DNA of 45,783 nucleotides from contig JAJRTR010000093.1 in NCBI GenBank assembly GCA_024278215.1, positions 1 through 45,783 of the forward strand, written 5' to 3'. This DNA comes from a bacterium. Its GTDB lineage: Bacteria > UBP15 > UBA6099 > JAJRTR01. Position numbers and translations under genes: made by a program. The notes under the pieces are model-generated. The model worked only from the letters and a program-made list of their open reading frames with translations, was not told the origin of the DNA and searched no databases. Within the stretch, counting starts at the first letter, position 1. Each line of letters opens with the position of its first letter. Below, piece by piece: positions 18,612 to 28,922 of the stretch.

Positions 18612-19688
18612 ATGACAAAAAGCAATAGAAGAAAAACAAAACAGATCGTGGTCGGCGGGTTGCCGGTGGGCGGCGGCGCACCTGTCGCCGTGCAGTCGAT
18701 GACCAAAACAAAAACAGAAGATGTCAAAAGCACTGTGGCACAGATCAGGCTGCTCGAAGGTGCCGGCTGCGAACTGGTCCGTGTGGCAGTGCCGCATAAA
18801 AAGGCGCTGCGGGCGATTGCCGCCATAAAGGAACAGATAACAATACCGCTTATTGCGGATATACATTTCAGTAGCGCGTTTGCAATCGGCGCGCTCGAAA
18901 ACGGTGCGGACTGTGTGAGGATAAACCCCGGTAATCTGGGCGGTATCGAGGAATTCGACAACGTCGCGTCGAAAGCGATATCACTTGGAAAGGCAATAAG
19001 GATCGGCGTCAACTCGGGTTCTCTCGAAGAGGATATCGCACGAAAGGAAAACATGCCGCAGAGCGATAAGTTTGTCGAGAGTGCGCTCAGGTATGTCGAG
19101 GCGGCGGACAGGCTGGGTTTGAAAAATGTAAAAGTATCGCTCAAGGGTTTCGATGTGACGGCGACTATCGAGGCATACAGGAAGTTCGCGCTTGTGAACG
19201 ACACTCCCCTGCATATCGGCATTACGGAGGCGGGCGATGAATTCTCCGGCGCGATAAGATCGGCTGTGGGGCTGGGGATACTTCTGGGCGAGGGCATCGG
19301 CGACACTATGCGCGTGTCGCTTACCGCACAACCTGAAAAAGAGATAGAAGCAGCCTGGGAGATATTGCGTTCGCTGGCCATCAGGCGCAGGGGCATCGAA
19401 ATAGTGTCATGCCCGACATGCGGACGATGCGAGGCGGATGTGCGCGGTATCGCATCGCGTCTGAAACAGGAAGTCAGAACAGTCAGGGCCCCGCTGCGCA
19501 TTGCGGTCATGGGCTGTGAGGTAAACGGACCCGGCGAAGCCGCGTCTGCCGACGCGGGTGTGGCGCTGGACAGAAAAGGCGGCGGTTCTCTTTTTATAAA
19601 AGGTGAAAAGGTGAGGAAACTCGCACCGGACAACCTGCTCGACGAACTGTGTGCGGCAGTGCTGAAATTAGCGAAACATGTAGAGTAA
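18612..19688 (+). CDS. ispG: (E)-4-hydroxy-3-methylbut-2-enyl-diphosphate synthase
   Basis: VQSMT, ADIHF, RINPGN, GVNSGSL, HIGITEAG, SCPTCGR, AVMGCEVNGPGEA. Confidence 0.97.
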   Translation: MTKSNRRKTKQIVVGGLPVGGGAPVAVQSMTKTKTEDVKSTVAQIRLLEGAGCELVRVAVPHKKALRAIAAIKEQITIPLIADIHFSSAFAIGALENGADCVRINPGNLGGIEEFDNVASKAISLGKAIRIGVNSGSLEEDIARKENMPQSDKFVESALRYVEAADRLGLKNVKVSLKGFDVTATIEAYRKFALVNDTPLHIGITEAGDEFSGAIRSAVGLGILLGEGIGDTMRVSLTAQPEKEIEAAWEILRSLAIRRRGIEIVSCPTCGRCEADVRGIASRLKQEVRTVRAPLRIAVMGCEVNGPGEAASADAGVALDRKGGGSLFIKGEKVRKLAPDNLLDELCAAVLKLAKHVE

Positions 19689-19733
19689 GGTCCGGCGACG
19701 GCCCGGTAAATATTACCGTCGGAGGCAGCGCAA

Positions 19734-21758
19734 ATGCAGATGAAAAAGCAGACTTTCCACATCGTGTTCAAAACACATCTCGATGTTGGGTTCACTGATT
19801 TCGGCAGAAACGTGGAAAAACAGTACCTTGAAGAATTCGTGCCGCGCGCAATGGACCTCGCGGATGAACTGAACGAACCCGGCACGCGGAAAAAGTTTGT
19901 CTGGACCCTCGGATCGTGGATTATTCACCGGTGCCTCGAGGCATACAGGGGTAAGTCCCTGAAAAGATTAGAGGCCGCGCTCGCAGGCGGTGACATCTGT
20001 TGGCACGCCCTGCCCTTCACTACACACTCCGAACTGCTGACACCGTCGCTATTCAAGTTCGGACTTTTGTTTTCACAGGAGCTCGACGCCCGTTTCGGCA
20101 GGCGCACACGCGCGGCGAAATTCACGGATGTGCCGGGCCACACGATAGGTATTGTACCGCTTCTGACGAACGCCGGTGTTCGTTTTCTGCATATCGGCAG
20201 CAATCCCGGATCGACGCCGCCGGACGTGCCCGGGCTTTTCGAGTGGCGTGAACCAGAAAGCGGTGCGAGCATTACTGTGATGTACCAGCCGGGCGGTTAC
20301 GGAAAGCTGTTCCACAGGAAAGACTGCGCCGCCGGGCTGCTCGTTGCGTTTACCGAAGACAACCTCGGGACGCCGTCGAAGGCGGAGATCGAAACGGCAT
20401 TCAGAGTTGTTGACAAGAAATATCCCAATGTAGATGTAAAGGCTTCATCATTAGACGGTTTCTTTGATGAATTCGAGCATAGCCGGTTGAACATCCCCAT
20501 CGTGGAAAAGGAACTCGGCGACACATGGATACACGGGGCGGGCTCGGCACCGGGCAAGGTGCGGCGTTTCAGGGAGCTTTGCCGTCTTCGCGACGAGTGG
20601 ATCGAGGCGGGTGTCGCGCCGAACCGGAGACGCGAATTCTTTTCTTTCAGTGAAAACCTGTTGCTTGTCGGCGAACACACATGGGCCCTCGACGTAAAAA
20701 GCCATCTCGGAGACGACGAGGCGTATTCCCATAATGACTTCAAGAAAGCGCGCCGCAGAAAAAGTTTCAGAAAAATGGAGGCTTCATGGGCCGAGCAGGA
20801 AGCATATATCGACAGCGCGTCAGATGCGCTCGAGGGTACGGCGTGGGGCCGAAAAGCCGTCAGGCGAATTGCCGAATCCGAACCTTACAAGCCGGATATT
20901 TCCGGTTATGAAAAGATCGCAACAGAGAGACTGGTTTTCGAGACGGAACATTTCAGGGCGGGCTTCGATCTCGGTACAGGCACTATCGACAGTCTTGTCG
21001 TCTCAAATAAAAAAGCAAATCTCGCCGGAGAAAACAACACCCTCGGCGCTTTCACATATTATTATTACGGCGCGGACGATTATGAGAGATTTTTTAAACA
21101 GTACGGTTATCGAAACGCGAATAGAATGGACTGGTTCCCGCGGGACTTCGGCAAACCCGGACTGGAGAAAACGCTTAGTCGGGGCGGTCGATACGGTGCA
21201 CGCCTGAAAAGAGCGTATATCAGAAAAGAAAGGACGTGTCCGGCGGACCCTGTCGAGTTGCTTTTCGAAATGTGCGCTCCGGTGGATGCGCCGGCTCCTT
21301 TCGGATTCCCGGCCAGGCTCTTCATGCTGTGGAAACTGCATCACCTTGCGCCACGGATAGAACTCGAAGTGATCTGGAGCGGCAAACCGGCCTGCCGGAT
21401 ACCGGAGTCGATGTGGATCGGATTCGCGCCCCGCAGGATAGACCCCGGAAGTGTGCGAATAGAGAAAACCGGCAGGTGGCTGTCACCGCTCGATGTGGTG
21501 CGCAACGGCAACAGGAAGTTGCACGCGACCAACAGGGGCGTCGCGCTCGTCACATGCGGAATAGAAATGCTGATCGAATCCATCGACGCGCCGCTGGTGG
21601 CGCCCGGCGCACCGTCGCTACTCGACTTCAACAACAGGCGTCCTCCGCTGAAAAGGGGCGTTCATTTCAACCTGTTCAATAACGTGTGGGGTACGAATTT
21701 CCCGCAGTGGACAAGTGAAGACGCGCGATTCAGGTTCGCCGTGGAGTTCAGAAGTTGA
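19734..21758 (+). CDS. DUF5054 / GH38-like glycoside hydrolase
   Basis: FKTHLDVGFTD, WHALPFT, TDVPGHT, GDTWIHG, EHTW, NNVWGTNFPQW. Confidence 0.85.
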   Translation: MQMKKQTFHIVFKTHLDVGFTDFGRNVEKQYLEEFVPRAMDLADELNEPGTRKKFVWTLGSWIIHRCLEAYRGKSLKRLEAALAGGDICWHALPFTTHSELLTPSLFKFGLLFSQELDARFGRRTRAAKFTDVPGHTIGIVPLLTNAGVRFLHIGSNPGSTPPDVPGLFEWREPESGASITVMYQPGGYGKLFHRKDCAAGLLVAFTEDNLGTPSKAEIETAFRVVDKKYPNVDVKASSLDGFFDEFEHSRLNIPIVEKELGDTWIHGAGSAPGKVRRFRELCRLRDEWIEAGVAPNRRREFFSFSENLLLVGEHTWALDVKSHLGDDEAYSHNDFKKARRRKSFRKMEASWAEQEAYIDSASDALEGTAWGRKAVRRIAESEPYKPDISGYEKIATERLVFETEHFRAGFDLGTGTIDSLVVSNKKANLAGENNTLGAFTYYYYGADDYERFFKQYGYRNANRMDWFPRDFGKPGLEKTLSRGGRYGARLKRAYIRKERTCPADPVELLFEMCAPVDAPAPFGFPARLFMLWKLHHLAPRIELEVIWSGKPACRIPESMWIGFAPRRIDPGSVRIEKTGRWLSPLDVVRNGNRKLHATNRGVALVTCGIEMLIESIDAPLVAPGAPSLLDFNNRRPPLKRGVHFNLFNNVWGTNFPQWTSEDARFRFAVEFRS

Positions 21759-22527
21759 AACGCGGGTCCGCGCATGTGCCCTTCGCGCAACGCCTGAAAG
21801 CGCGCGCCGCGCAGAACACGTTCCAGGCATATTTCAACCCGTTGACATAGCATATTTCATCGCCGTAAAAAGTCGGTATCGGGACTTCCCTGATACGGCA
21901 TCCTTTTTTCACAAGCTGAAATATTATCTCGCTGTCGAAATGGAAGTCGTCGGTATTGCTCTCGAACGGAATGCCTTTCAGGGCTTCGACACTGTATGCC
22001 CTGTATCCGGAATGGAACTCGGAGAGCGCCGCGCCGGTCACCCGGTTCTCGAACGCAGTCAGAATCCTGTTACCGATGAATTTATATAGTGGCATCCTGC
22101 CGCGCCGCGCCGCGCCCGGTTCCATCATTCGCGAGCCGAAAACAGCGTCCGCCTCGCCGCGGTCGAGCGGTCCGATGAGGTCCAACATCACTTCCGGCGC
22201 ATACTGGCCGTCGCCATGCAGCAACACAACGATATCGTAGCCGCGTTCGATGCAGTAACGGTATCCCTTCTTCTGGTTGCCGCCGTAGCCGAGATTAGCG
22301 GGATTCTTTATCAAAGTCAGCTTCTCCGCACCGCGCAACTCACGGTAGTCCAGTCCGACCCTGTATGTTTCATCCTCACTGGCGTCGTCGAACACCATTA
22401 CTTCGTTGACCATGTCCCACACGGAAGCGGGAATACGGTCGAGCACGCAGGCGAGTGTCGACGCATGATTATACGCAACGACAAGAACCGCGATTTTTTT
22501 CTCAGCAGGTTCTGGTTCCATTTTCAA
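21748..22527 (-). CDS. Glycosyltransferase family 2 (DPM1-like)
   Basis: AYN, DDASED, NLGYGGNQK, HGDGQY, GSR, FHSGYRAY. Confidence 0.92.
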   Translation of the reverse strand: MKMEPEPAEKKIAVLVVAYNHASTLACVLDRIPASVWDMVNEVMVFDDASEDETYRVGLDYRELRGAEKLTLIKNPANLGYGGNQKKGYRYCIERGYDIVVLLHGDGQYAPEVMLDLIGPLDRGEADAVFGSRMMEPGAARRGRMPLYKFIGNRILTAFENRVTGAALSEFHSGYRAYSVEALKGIPFESNTDDFHFDSEIIFQLVKKGCRIREVPIPTFYGDEICYVNGLKYAWNVFCAARAFRRCAKGTCADPRFNF

Positions 22528-22664
22528 TTACGGAATTGTAGCATGAATAAGGCGATTCGGGCACCTGCATCACTGTAAAATATAATATGAGGGGCTGATA
22601 TGGGTATACAAAAAACACGGCACGTATGGTATGCGCACCGCATTATTGGAATCGTTATGAATCA

Positions 22665-22703
22665 GAGCCGAATGCAGAATGATGATTCTGCCGCTTTCGG
22701 CTC
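22665..22703 (-). terminator. Long stem-loop just after the sigma factor stop
   Basis: GAGCCGAA...GCAGAAT-GATG-ATTCTGC...TTCGGCTC; no strong U-tract. Confidence 0.5.
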
Positions 22704-22712
22704 AACAAAATC

Positions 22713-23525
22713 TTAATTAAGATACTCGCGAAGCACTCTCCTCGCATCGTTTTTCCTGAGTTTGTTTATCGCGTTTTCCTCGATCTGCCTGATTCTTTCG
22801 GGCGAAAGATGGAAGACCTTTCCAACCTCGCGCAACGATCTCGTCTCACCGGAATTAAGGCCGAACCTCATTTCGACGATCCGCCGTTCCTTTTCGGAAA
22901 GCTTATCCATGGCATTATTGAGGTCTTCCCTGAGCTGGCCGGAAATGCTGTAGTCGTCCGGCCCCTCCGCGCCGCGGTCCTCAAGGACATCCATATAGTT
23001 GTTCGAGCCTTCGTCGTCGTCGGAAATCGGTGTGTCGAGAGAAACAGTGCCGGGAATAAGCGACAGGAGTTGCCTGACCATCATTTTGTCCATCTCTGCT
23101 GCCGCCGACACTTCATGCGGGGTCGGGTCGCGACCGAGCTTCCCCTTAAGACTTCTTGAGACCATCAACAGCTTTTTCAGATGAGAAGCATAGTTCGACG
23201 GCTTTTTTACCGTGTCGCCATGTTTAAGAATCGCATCATCTATCGCCTGCCGCACCCACCATGTCGCATAAGTGCTGAACCTGAATCCCCTCGAAGGGTC
23301 GAACTTTTCCGCTGCTGTTATCAGACCGATAATACCTTCCTGCACAAGGTCTTCGAATTCGATTCCACCATGCTCCGCCCTCTTCCTCGCAATGCTGATT
23401 ACGAGCGGCAGGTGGCTTTCAATAAACGCATTCCGGGACTCCATGTCACCCTTGCGGAATCCCTGTGCATAATCTTTTTTCTTGCTTTTCTTTCGTTTTC
23501 TAACTGCCGTCGCGCTGCCGGACAT
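22713..23525 (-). CDS. RpoD/SigA-like sigma-70 factor lacking region 1.1 (alternative sigma)
   Basis: DLVQEGIIGL, KFDPSRGFRFSTYATWWVRQAI, SLDTPI, ERIRQIE; GGAGG 7 nt before ATG 23525. Confidence 0.92.
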   Translation of the reverse strand: MSGSATAVRKRKKSKKKDYAQGFRKGDMESRNAFIESHLPLVISIARKRAEHGGIEFEDLVQEGIIGLITAAEKFDPSRGFRFSTYATWWVRQAIDDAILKHGDTVKKPSNYASHLKKLLMVSRSLKGKLGRDPTPHEVSAAAEMDKMMVRQLLSLIPGTVSLDTPISDDDEGSNNYMDVLEDRGAEGPDDYSISGQLREDLNNAMDKLSEKERRIVEMRFGLNSGETRSLREVGKVFHLSPERIRQIEENAINKLRKNDARRVLREYLN

Positions 23526-23810
23526 AATCACACCTCCCTCTCCAAATGGTTCCTTTGTTCATTAGTTTAGACCGTTAAAGTCTCCGAAAGTTTCTTTTTT
23601 TCTCAAATAATGTGCCTGTTCATATATAAACAAACAAATTCATGACTCGATATGTTCCCGAATCCATATAAATGGGTGGCGAACTGTAACTTTATTATTT
23701 TTACAGGATTTTGAAAAAACGGCGAAAATGAAGAAATTTGCAGTCTGCGCTTAAAAACTGTGTGCGTTTGCATATAAACGGACTGAAGTACGAGTCTCTA
23801 TGAAAAGAGC

Positions 23811-24995
23811 TCATCTGCGCACGATCATGGTGACGGATTCAGCGCCGCCGAGGCAAAGCGACGCCTGGCCGAGCCCGACGTCGCGTTTCTGCATCTCATA
23901 GAGCAATGTTGTCAGCACACGCGCGCCGCTGCATCCGATGGGATGACCCAGTGCTACCGAACCGCCGTTCACATTTGTTATCTCTCTGCTGATCCCGAGT
24001 TCACGCAACACACATACCGTCGAGCCGGCGAATGCCTCGTTTATTTCATGCAGCTCGATATCCTTCAGCTCGACGCCGGACCTTGCCATCACTTTCGGGA
24101 TCGACTTTATGGGGGCAATGAGCACATACTTCAGTTCGATGCCGGAGGCGCCATAGCCGGCAACAGTCGCCATCGGCTCGACACCAATTTTCTCGGCTGT
24201 CTCGCGCGCCATGACACATACCGCCGACGCGCCGTACGCGATAATCGAAGCATTCCCGGCCGTTGCACAGCCGTCTTTTGTGAACGCGGGCCGCATCCCG
24301 GCGAGCACTTCGAGCGGTGTCGGCCTCGGGCCTTCGTCCTGATCGAAAATCGTAACTTTGCCTTTGCGGTCCATCACCTCGACCGGCACTATTTCGTCCT
24401 TGAACCTGCCTGTTTCGATGCTTCTCACCGCGCGCTCGTAGCTCATCGCGGCGAATTCATCCTGTTGCTCACGTGTAATATTGTAATCTTTGCTGATAAT
24501 GTCGTTGCTGGTGCCCATGTGGAAATCGTTGACGACATCCCACAGCCCGTCGTGCACCATGTGGTCCATAATCGGCGCGTTGCCCATGCGCGCGCCGCTT
24601 CGCGCTTTGTCGATGTAGTAGGGAGCGCGGCTCATGTTTTCCATGCCGCCGGCCACCACGATGTCGGCATCGCCCAGCCTGATCGCCTGTGTCGCGAGCA
24701 TCACGGCCTTGAGTCCGCCGCCGCACACTTTATTGATGGTAATACATCCGGTTTCCCATGGCAGGCCCACTTTTATCATCGCCAGCCGTGCCGGATTCTG
24801 GCCGCAGCCGCAGGGCAGCACCTGCCCCATTATCACTTCGTCGACTTTTTCTTTGTCGACTTTCGCGCGTTCTATCGCCTCGCCGATGACTGCCGCTCCA
24901 AGGTCCACCGCGGGCACCGAACTCAGCCCGCCGTTGAACGTACCCAGCGCCGTCCTGCACGCACTTACTATTACCGCGTCTCTCGCATCCTTCAT
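23811..24995 (-). CDS. Acetyl-CoA C-acetyltransferase (thiolase)
   Basis: INKVCGGG, GGMENMS, EINEAF, GHPIGCSG, SLCLGG. Confidence 0.95.
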   Translation of the reverse strand: MKDARDAVIVSACRTALGTFNGGLSSVPAVDLGAAVIGEAIERAKVDKEKVDEVIMGQVLPCGCGQNPARLAMIKVGLPWETGCITINKVCGGGLKAVMLATQAIRLGDADIVVAGGMENMSRAPYYIDKARSGARMGNAPIMDHMVHDGLWDVVNDFHMGTSNDIISKDYNITREQQDEFAAMSYERAVRSIETGRFKDEIVPVEVMDRKGKVTIFDQDEGPRPTPLEVLAGMRPAFTKDGCATAGNASIIAYGASAVCVMARETAEKIGVEPMATVAGYGASGIELKYVLIAPIKSIPKVMARSGVELKDIELHEINEAFAGSTVCVLRELGISREITNVNGGSVALGHPIGCSGARVLTTLLYEMQKRDVGLGQASLCLGGAESVTMIVRR

Positions 24996-25060
24996 ATCAA
25001 CAAACCTCCAGCATCGACACTGTTTTTACAAGCGGCTCGAAGAACAAAGCCGGGCCGCGC

Positions 25061-25573
25061 TCAGCCCTTCTCTTCTTTCATTATGCCGATCATCTTCTGG
25101 ATGGTGTCGTTGTCTTTTTTCAGGTTTTTTTTGTAGGCGTCGAGAATAAACTGCTCGGCCAGCTTGCCGACGAAAGGCATCTTCACCTTCACTTCGAGCA
25201 CTATCTCGCGTTTGGTCTTCTTCTCGCCGTCTTCCTCGAAGTCGGTATACTTCGACCACCCTTTACATGTGAAGGCACTGGTTTTGAACTTGGGTTTGAT
25301 GTCCCATTCATGTGTGCCGGCTTTCATGTCGTAAACCGAATGGTCGATACATTTGAGCATGTCGGGTTTCAGTACGGCCTGTAGCGCTTTCGGCACACTT
25401 GATGCGAGTTCGATCTCACGCTTCGAGTGTATTTTGTCGCCTTCTTCCCTGCGTTCGATTTCGACATGCTTCTGCATTTCCGGGAATTGTTCCGGGTTCT
25501 CGAATCGTTTTTCACGGGCTTCCCATACCATGTCCGTTGGGCCGTTGAAGATATATTTTGCTTTCATTTTCAT
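25061..25573 (-). CDS. START/SRPBCC-fold (DUF2505-like) protein
   Basis: GGAGG RBS; VKVKMPFVGKLAEQFI C-terminal motif. Confidence 0.65.
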   Translation of the reverse strand: MKMKAKYIFNGPTDMVWEAREKRFENPEQFPEMQKHVEIERREEGDKIHSKREIELASSVPKALQAVLKPDMLKCIDHSVYDMKAGTHEWDIKPKFKTSAFTCKGWSKYTDFEEDGEKKTKREIVLEVKVKMPFVGKLAEQFILDAYKKNLKKDNDTIQKMIGIMKEEKG

Positions 25574-25771
25574 GTCGTATTTTTCCTCCCGGGAATCTGT
25601 TTTACATCTGTCAAATTACAATAAACATTATGCGAAAAGCCGGTTAAAGTCAAGAGACAAAAGCACTGCCGTGGATGTCCTTCTCGCCGTGTCATCCTGT
25701 CTTTTTAAAGTGCGGCTAATAATGTTGTCGCAGAATATGGGTTATGTTCCTGTTAAGCAATTATGGCAACA

Positions 25772-26917
25772 TTATTTCAACGCATTGTTTGCGATGACTA
25801 TTCTCTGGACTTCCGAAGTGCCTTCGTAGATAGTGGTGACGCGCGCGTCGCGATAGAGGCGTTCGACTTTGAAATCTTTGGTGTAGCCATAGCCGCCGTG
25901 TATCTGGAGAGCGTCGTAGCATATACGGACGGCAGCCTCGGAGGAGAAGAGCTTCGATATGGATGCCTGGCGCGTGAAGGATTCGCCGCGATCTTTGGCC
26001 ATAGCGGCGGAAAGTGCCAGCAGGTGCGCCGCCTCGATGTCGCGCGCCGCGTCGGCGATCATCCATTGTATCGCCTGGTTGCGCACGAGAGCACGCCCGA
26101 ACTGTTTGCGCATGCTGCCGTATTTTATCGCCTCGTCGAAAGCGGCGCGGGCGATGCCGATGGCCTGTGACGAAATGCCTATGCGCCCGCTGTCCAGCGC
26201 TGTCATGGCGATCTTGAAGCCTTCGCCTTCGCCGCCGAGCATGTTCTCCGCAGGCACCGCGCAATCGTCGAATACGAGGCTGACTGTGCTCGATGCGCGA
26301 ACGCCCATCTTTTTCTCTTCCGGCCCGATCTCGAAGCCGGGTGTGCCGCGTTCGACGATAAACGCGCTCATCCCCCTGTGCCGCGGCTTGTCGCCAAGTC
26401 GCGCTATCACTATGAAAGTACCCGCATGGCCGCCGTTTGTTATGAAAACTTTACTGCCGTTTATAATATATTTGTTGCCTTTAAGCACTGCGCGAGTGCT
26501 CACGCTCGCCGCGTCGGAACCGGCTTCCGGCTCGGTAATGGCGAATGAGCCGAGTGTCTCGCCGGACGCCAGCGGTATGAGATATTTCTCTTTCTGCTCT
26601 TCAGTGCCGTACTCGAGCAGCGGGCCGCAGACAAGGTTGTTCACCGACATCGTCACAGCCGTCGCGGCGCATGCGTAAGCTATCTCCTGGAGCGCAAGCA
26701 CATAACTTACCGCCGTCGTGCCACCGCCGCCGTACTCTGCCGGCACCATCATTCCCATCAGCCCCAGGCCGCCCATCTTGTCGATGATAGCGGTCGGAAA
26801 TCGCGACTCGACATCGTTCCTCGCCGCCACGGGCTCGATCTCTTTGCGCGCGAACTCACGCACCATCAACTGCACCATGTGCTGTTCTTCTGTTAATGGA
26901 AACGACATCTGCTTCAC
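25772..26917 (-). CDS. Acyl-CoA dehydrogenase (short-chain/butyryl type)
   Basis: FAITEPEAGSD, NGSKVFITNG, KMGVRASST, RKQFG, QIHGGYGY, YEGTSE. Confidence 0.95.
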   Translation of the reverse strand: MKQMSFPLTEEQHMVQLMVREFARKEIEPVAARNDVESRFPTAIIDKMGGLGLMGMMVPAEYGGGGTTAVSYVLALQEIAYACAATAVTMSVNNLVCGPLLEYGTEEQKEKYLIPLASGETLGSFAITEPEAGSDAASVSTRAVLKGNKYIINGSKVFITNGGHAGTFIVIARLGDKPRHRGMSAFIVERGTPGFEIGPEEKKMGVRASSTVSLVFDDCAVPAENMLGGEGEGFKIAMTALDSGRIGISSQAIGIARAAFDEAIKYGSMRKQFGRALVRNQAIQWMIADAARDIEAAHLLALSAAMAKDRGESFTRQASISKLFSSEAAVRICYDALQIHGGYGYTKDFKVERLYRDARVTTIYEGTSEVQRIVIANNALK

Positions 26918-26976
26918 CTCATTTGTGTCCGGTGCCGGCTTCTGAGTCGTGGAACGAGCTTCCGGTCAAACCCGCA

Positions 26977-27528
26977 TCACGGTGTATACACGACAACAAT
27001 CAGTTCTGTTTTCTTTCTGCCGGGATTGCGAAGTGTGTGCGGCAGGTTGGAATCGAAATGTATGGATTTACCCTTTTTCAGATCGTGCGAGTTCCTGCCG
27101 ACCTTTATTTCGAGTCGCCCCTCGAGCACATAAATAAATTCTTCACCCCTGTGTTTGTATTCCACTTTTTCGTGCTCTTCGCCGGGATCAATAGTTACGT
27201 TGAACGCCTTCATGTATTTATGTTCAGCGTCAGGAGTGAGCACCTTGTAGGAGTATGCTTTTTCTCGCTTTTTGAAGCTCTCCGCTTTTTTCTTGCGCGA
27301 TGTTTTTTCTTCGGCGGACAAAAATGTACCGGCGTCCACCACGAGAGCGCTGGATATCTTGATTATGTCCGACACAGGCGGCATCACATCGCCGCTCTCG
27401 ACTTTTTCGAGATAGTCGACAGCACAACCGCTCTTTTCCGAAAGTTGCTCGATGGTGATTTTATTTTTCTTTCGCAGCCTCTTCATCTTTGCCGCGAAAC
27501 CCGCTTCTTTTTTCTTTTTTGCAGTCAT
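26977..27528 (-). CDS. XRE-family HTH regulator with cupin domain
   Basis: N-terminal HTH; cupin HRGEEFIYVLEG...FDSNLPH. Confidence 0.92.
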   Translation of the reverse strand: MTAKKKKEAGFAAKMKRLRKKNKITIEQLSEKSGCAVDYLEKVESGDVMPPVSDIIKISSALVVDAGTFLSAEEKTSRKKKAESFKKREKAYSYKVLTPDAEHKYMKAFNVTIDPGEEHEKVEYKHRGEEFIYVLEGRLEIKVGRNSHDLKKGKSIHFDSNLPHTLRNPGRKKTELIVVVYTP

Positions 27529-27775
27529 ATCATTTCCCTGCCCGTTCCGTGATTCGTATATTTTACATCCATAAAGTTGATAATTCGAGAAAATATTTCA
27601 AATATGCGCCCGGCTCGATAATGTGTGGGATAACATGTTGCCGTGAAGAAGATAGCGGTAACCGCGGGAGCGACCGGTCTGTACGTTCCCGCCGGGGACG
27701 GTGGAAACACGATGAAGAATGTGGCGGAAGGAGCGTTGAGGTAATATATGCGGTAACGGTCGCGGTCGGGCGCGA

Positions 27776-28483
27776 CTACCAGGCCCGTTTCTTCCTGTCG
27801 TAGAAGAAACAACCCGTGGCGCCGCCGTCGCGCATTGTGGCCAGCCACACGGCAGTATCCGCCGCCTCTTCGACAGTGCGGGAAGCTTTGGGACCGCCGA
27901 TGTCCGTCTTTGTCCAACCCGGACACATCGCGTTCACAAGCACATTTTTCCCGGCGGTCTCTTCGGCGATTATTCTTGTCACTGCGTTGAGCGCGGCTTT
28001 TGAAATCTTGTAGCCGGGCAGACGGCCTTCCATCGTGGAAAGTCTTCCAAGACGGCTGGAGATGTTAACGACGCGGCCATATTTATTCTTTATCATCATC
28101 GGTACGAAAGCACGGCACATTCGCAACGGGCCGTAGGTATTCGTCTGCACGATCCTTTCAATCTCCTCGATGTCCGCGCCGAGCCCCGTTGTTCCCTTGT
28201 CCGTAATACCTGCGTTGTTGATCAGAATATCCAGCCTGCCATGTTCTTTCTTGATATAGTCGCGGCATTTGTCGACACTCTTCTGGTCCGTTACATCGAG
28301 TTGATGGAACAGAACATTACTATATTCGTTTGTCAATTCTTCGTAAGTATTGATCGCCCTGCTTTCGTCACGTGCCGTGAGATACACACTGATCCCTTTC
28401 GCGGCAAGCTGCCTGACTATCTCTTTTCCTATACCCTTGTTGGCTCCCGTAACAAGCGCTATCTTTTCTTTGCCTTTTTTCAT
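27776..28483 (-). CDS. SDR family oxidoreductase (carbonyl reductase-like)
   Basis: TGANKGIG, NNAG, YKISK, CPGWTKTD; start at MKKGKEK, upstream ORF extension rejected. Confidence 0.93.
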   Translation of the reverse strand: MKKGKEKIALVTGANKGIGKEIVRQLAAKGISVYLTARDESRAINTYEELTNEYSNVLFHQLDVTDQKSVDKCRDYIKKEHGRLDILINNAGITDKGTTGLGADIEEIERIVQTNTYGPLRMCRAFVPMMIKNKYGRVVNISSRLGRLSTMEGRLPGYKISKAALNAVTRIIAEETAGKNVLVNAMCPGWTKTDIGGPKASRTVEEAADTAVWLATMRDGGATGCFFYDRKKRAW

Positions 28484-28695
28484 GCTTTTACTCCAAAATG
28501 TTTTCTTGTGCATCCAATATAATATTATGCACATCCTTCTAATATATACAATAATAAGCGGAATAAGTTGATTATTGTTCCCAATCGTGTTAATAAAGCA
28601 GAATGGTAAAGAATTCTGATAAAATCCTTTTCCGTTACGGCTATGCGGCGTTCTGTTCTTTCTGTAGGAACGCACAAGTTTATTATGTTTCAAGA

Positions 28696-28874
28696 GAGCC
28701 AATTGCAAAATTCTGATTCGGCTGCGGTCGGCTGCAATTGTCCATAGCTGCGTTGTCGGCGCAAAATCATCCTCAACGTACTCCACGAGTACGCCTGCGG
28801 GGATTTCGCATCTCCGCCTTGCTTCTGAATAATTTCGTTCGACCTCGCTCCGAACATTATTTTGCAATTGGCTC
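28696..28874 (-). mobile_element. MITE-like palindromic element, copy 4 (179 bp, inverted)
   Basis: TIRs GAGCCAATTGCAAAATT and TATTTTGCAATTGGCTC; 4-bp TSD AAGA at 28692-28695 and 28875-28878. Confidence 0.92.
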
Positions 28875-28883
28875 AAGATAAGT

Positions 28884-28912
28884 TTGACTTGCACAATTGT
28901 ATTCCATAGTAT
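28884..28912 (+). promoter_or_regulatory. Sigma70-type promoter of the ABC operon
   Basis: TTGACT-N17-TAGTAT, 10 nt before ATG 28923; no SD sequence, so a very short leader is likely. Confidence 0.55.
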
Positions 28913-28922
28913 TTCTTAAAAG

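Noticed and set aside
28484-28894. 137-aa N-terminal extension of the SDR ORF (27776..28894)
   Set aside because: It runs through an AT-rich spacer and MITE copy 4; SDR homology begins at MKKGKEK, so this is a chance open frame
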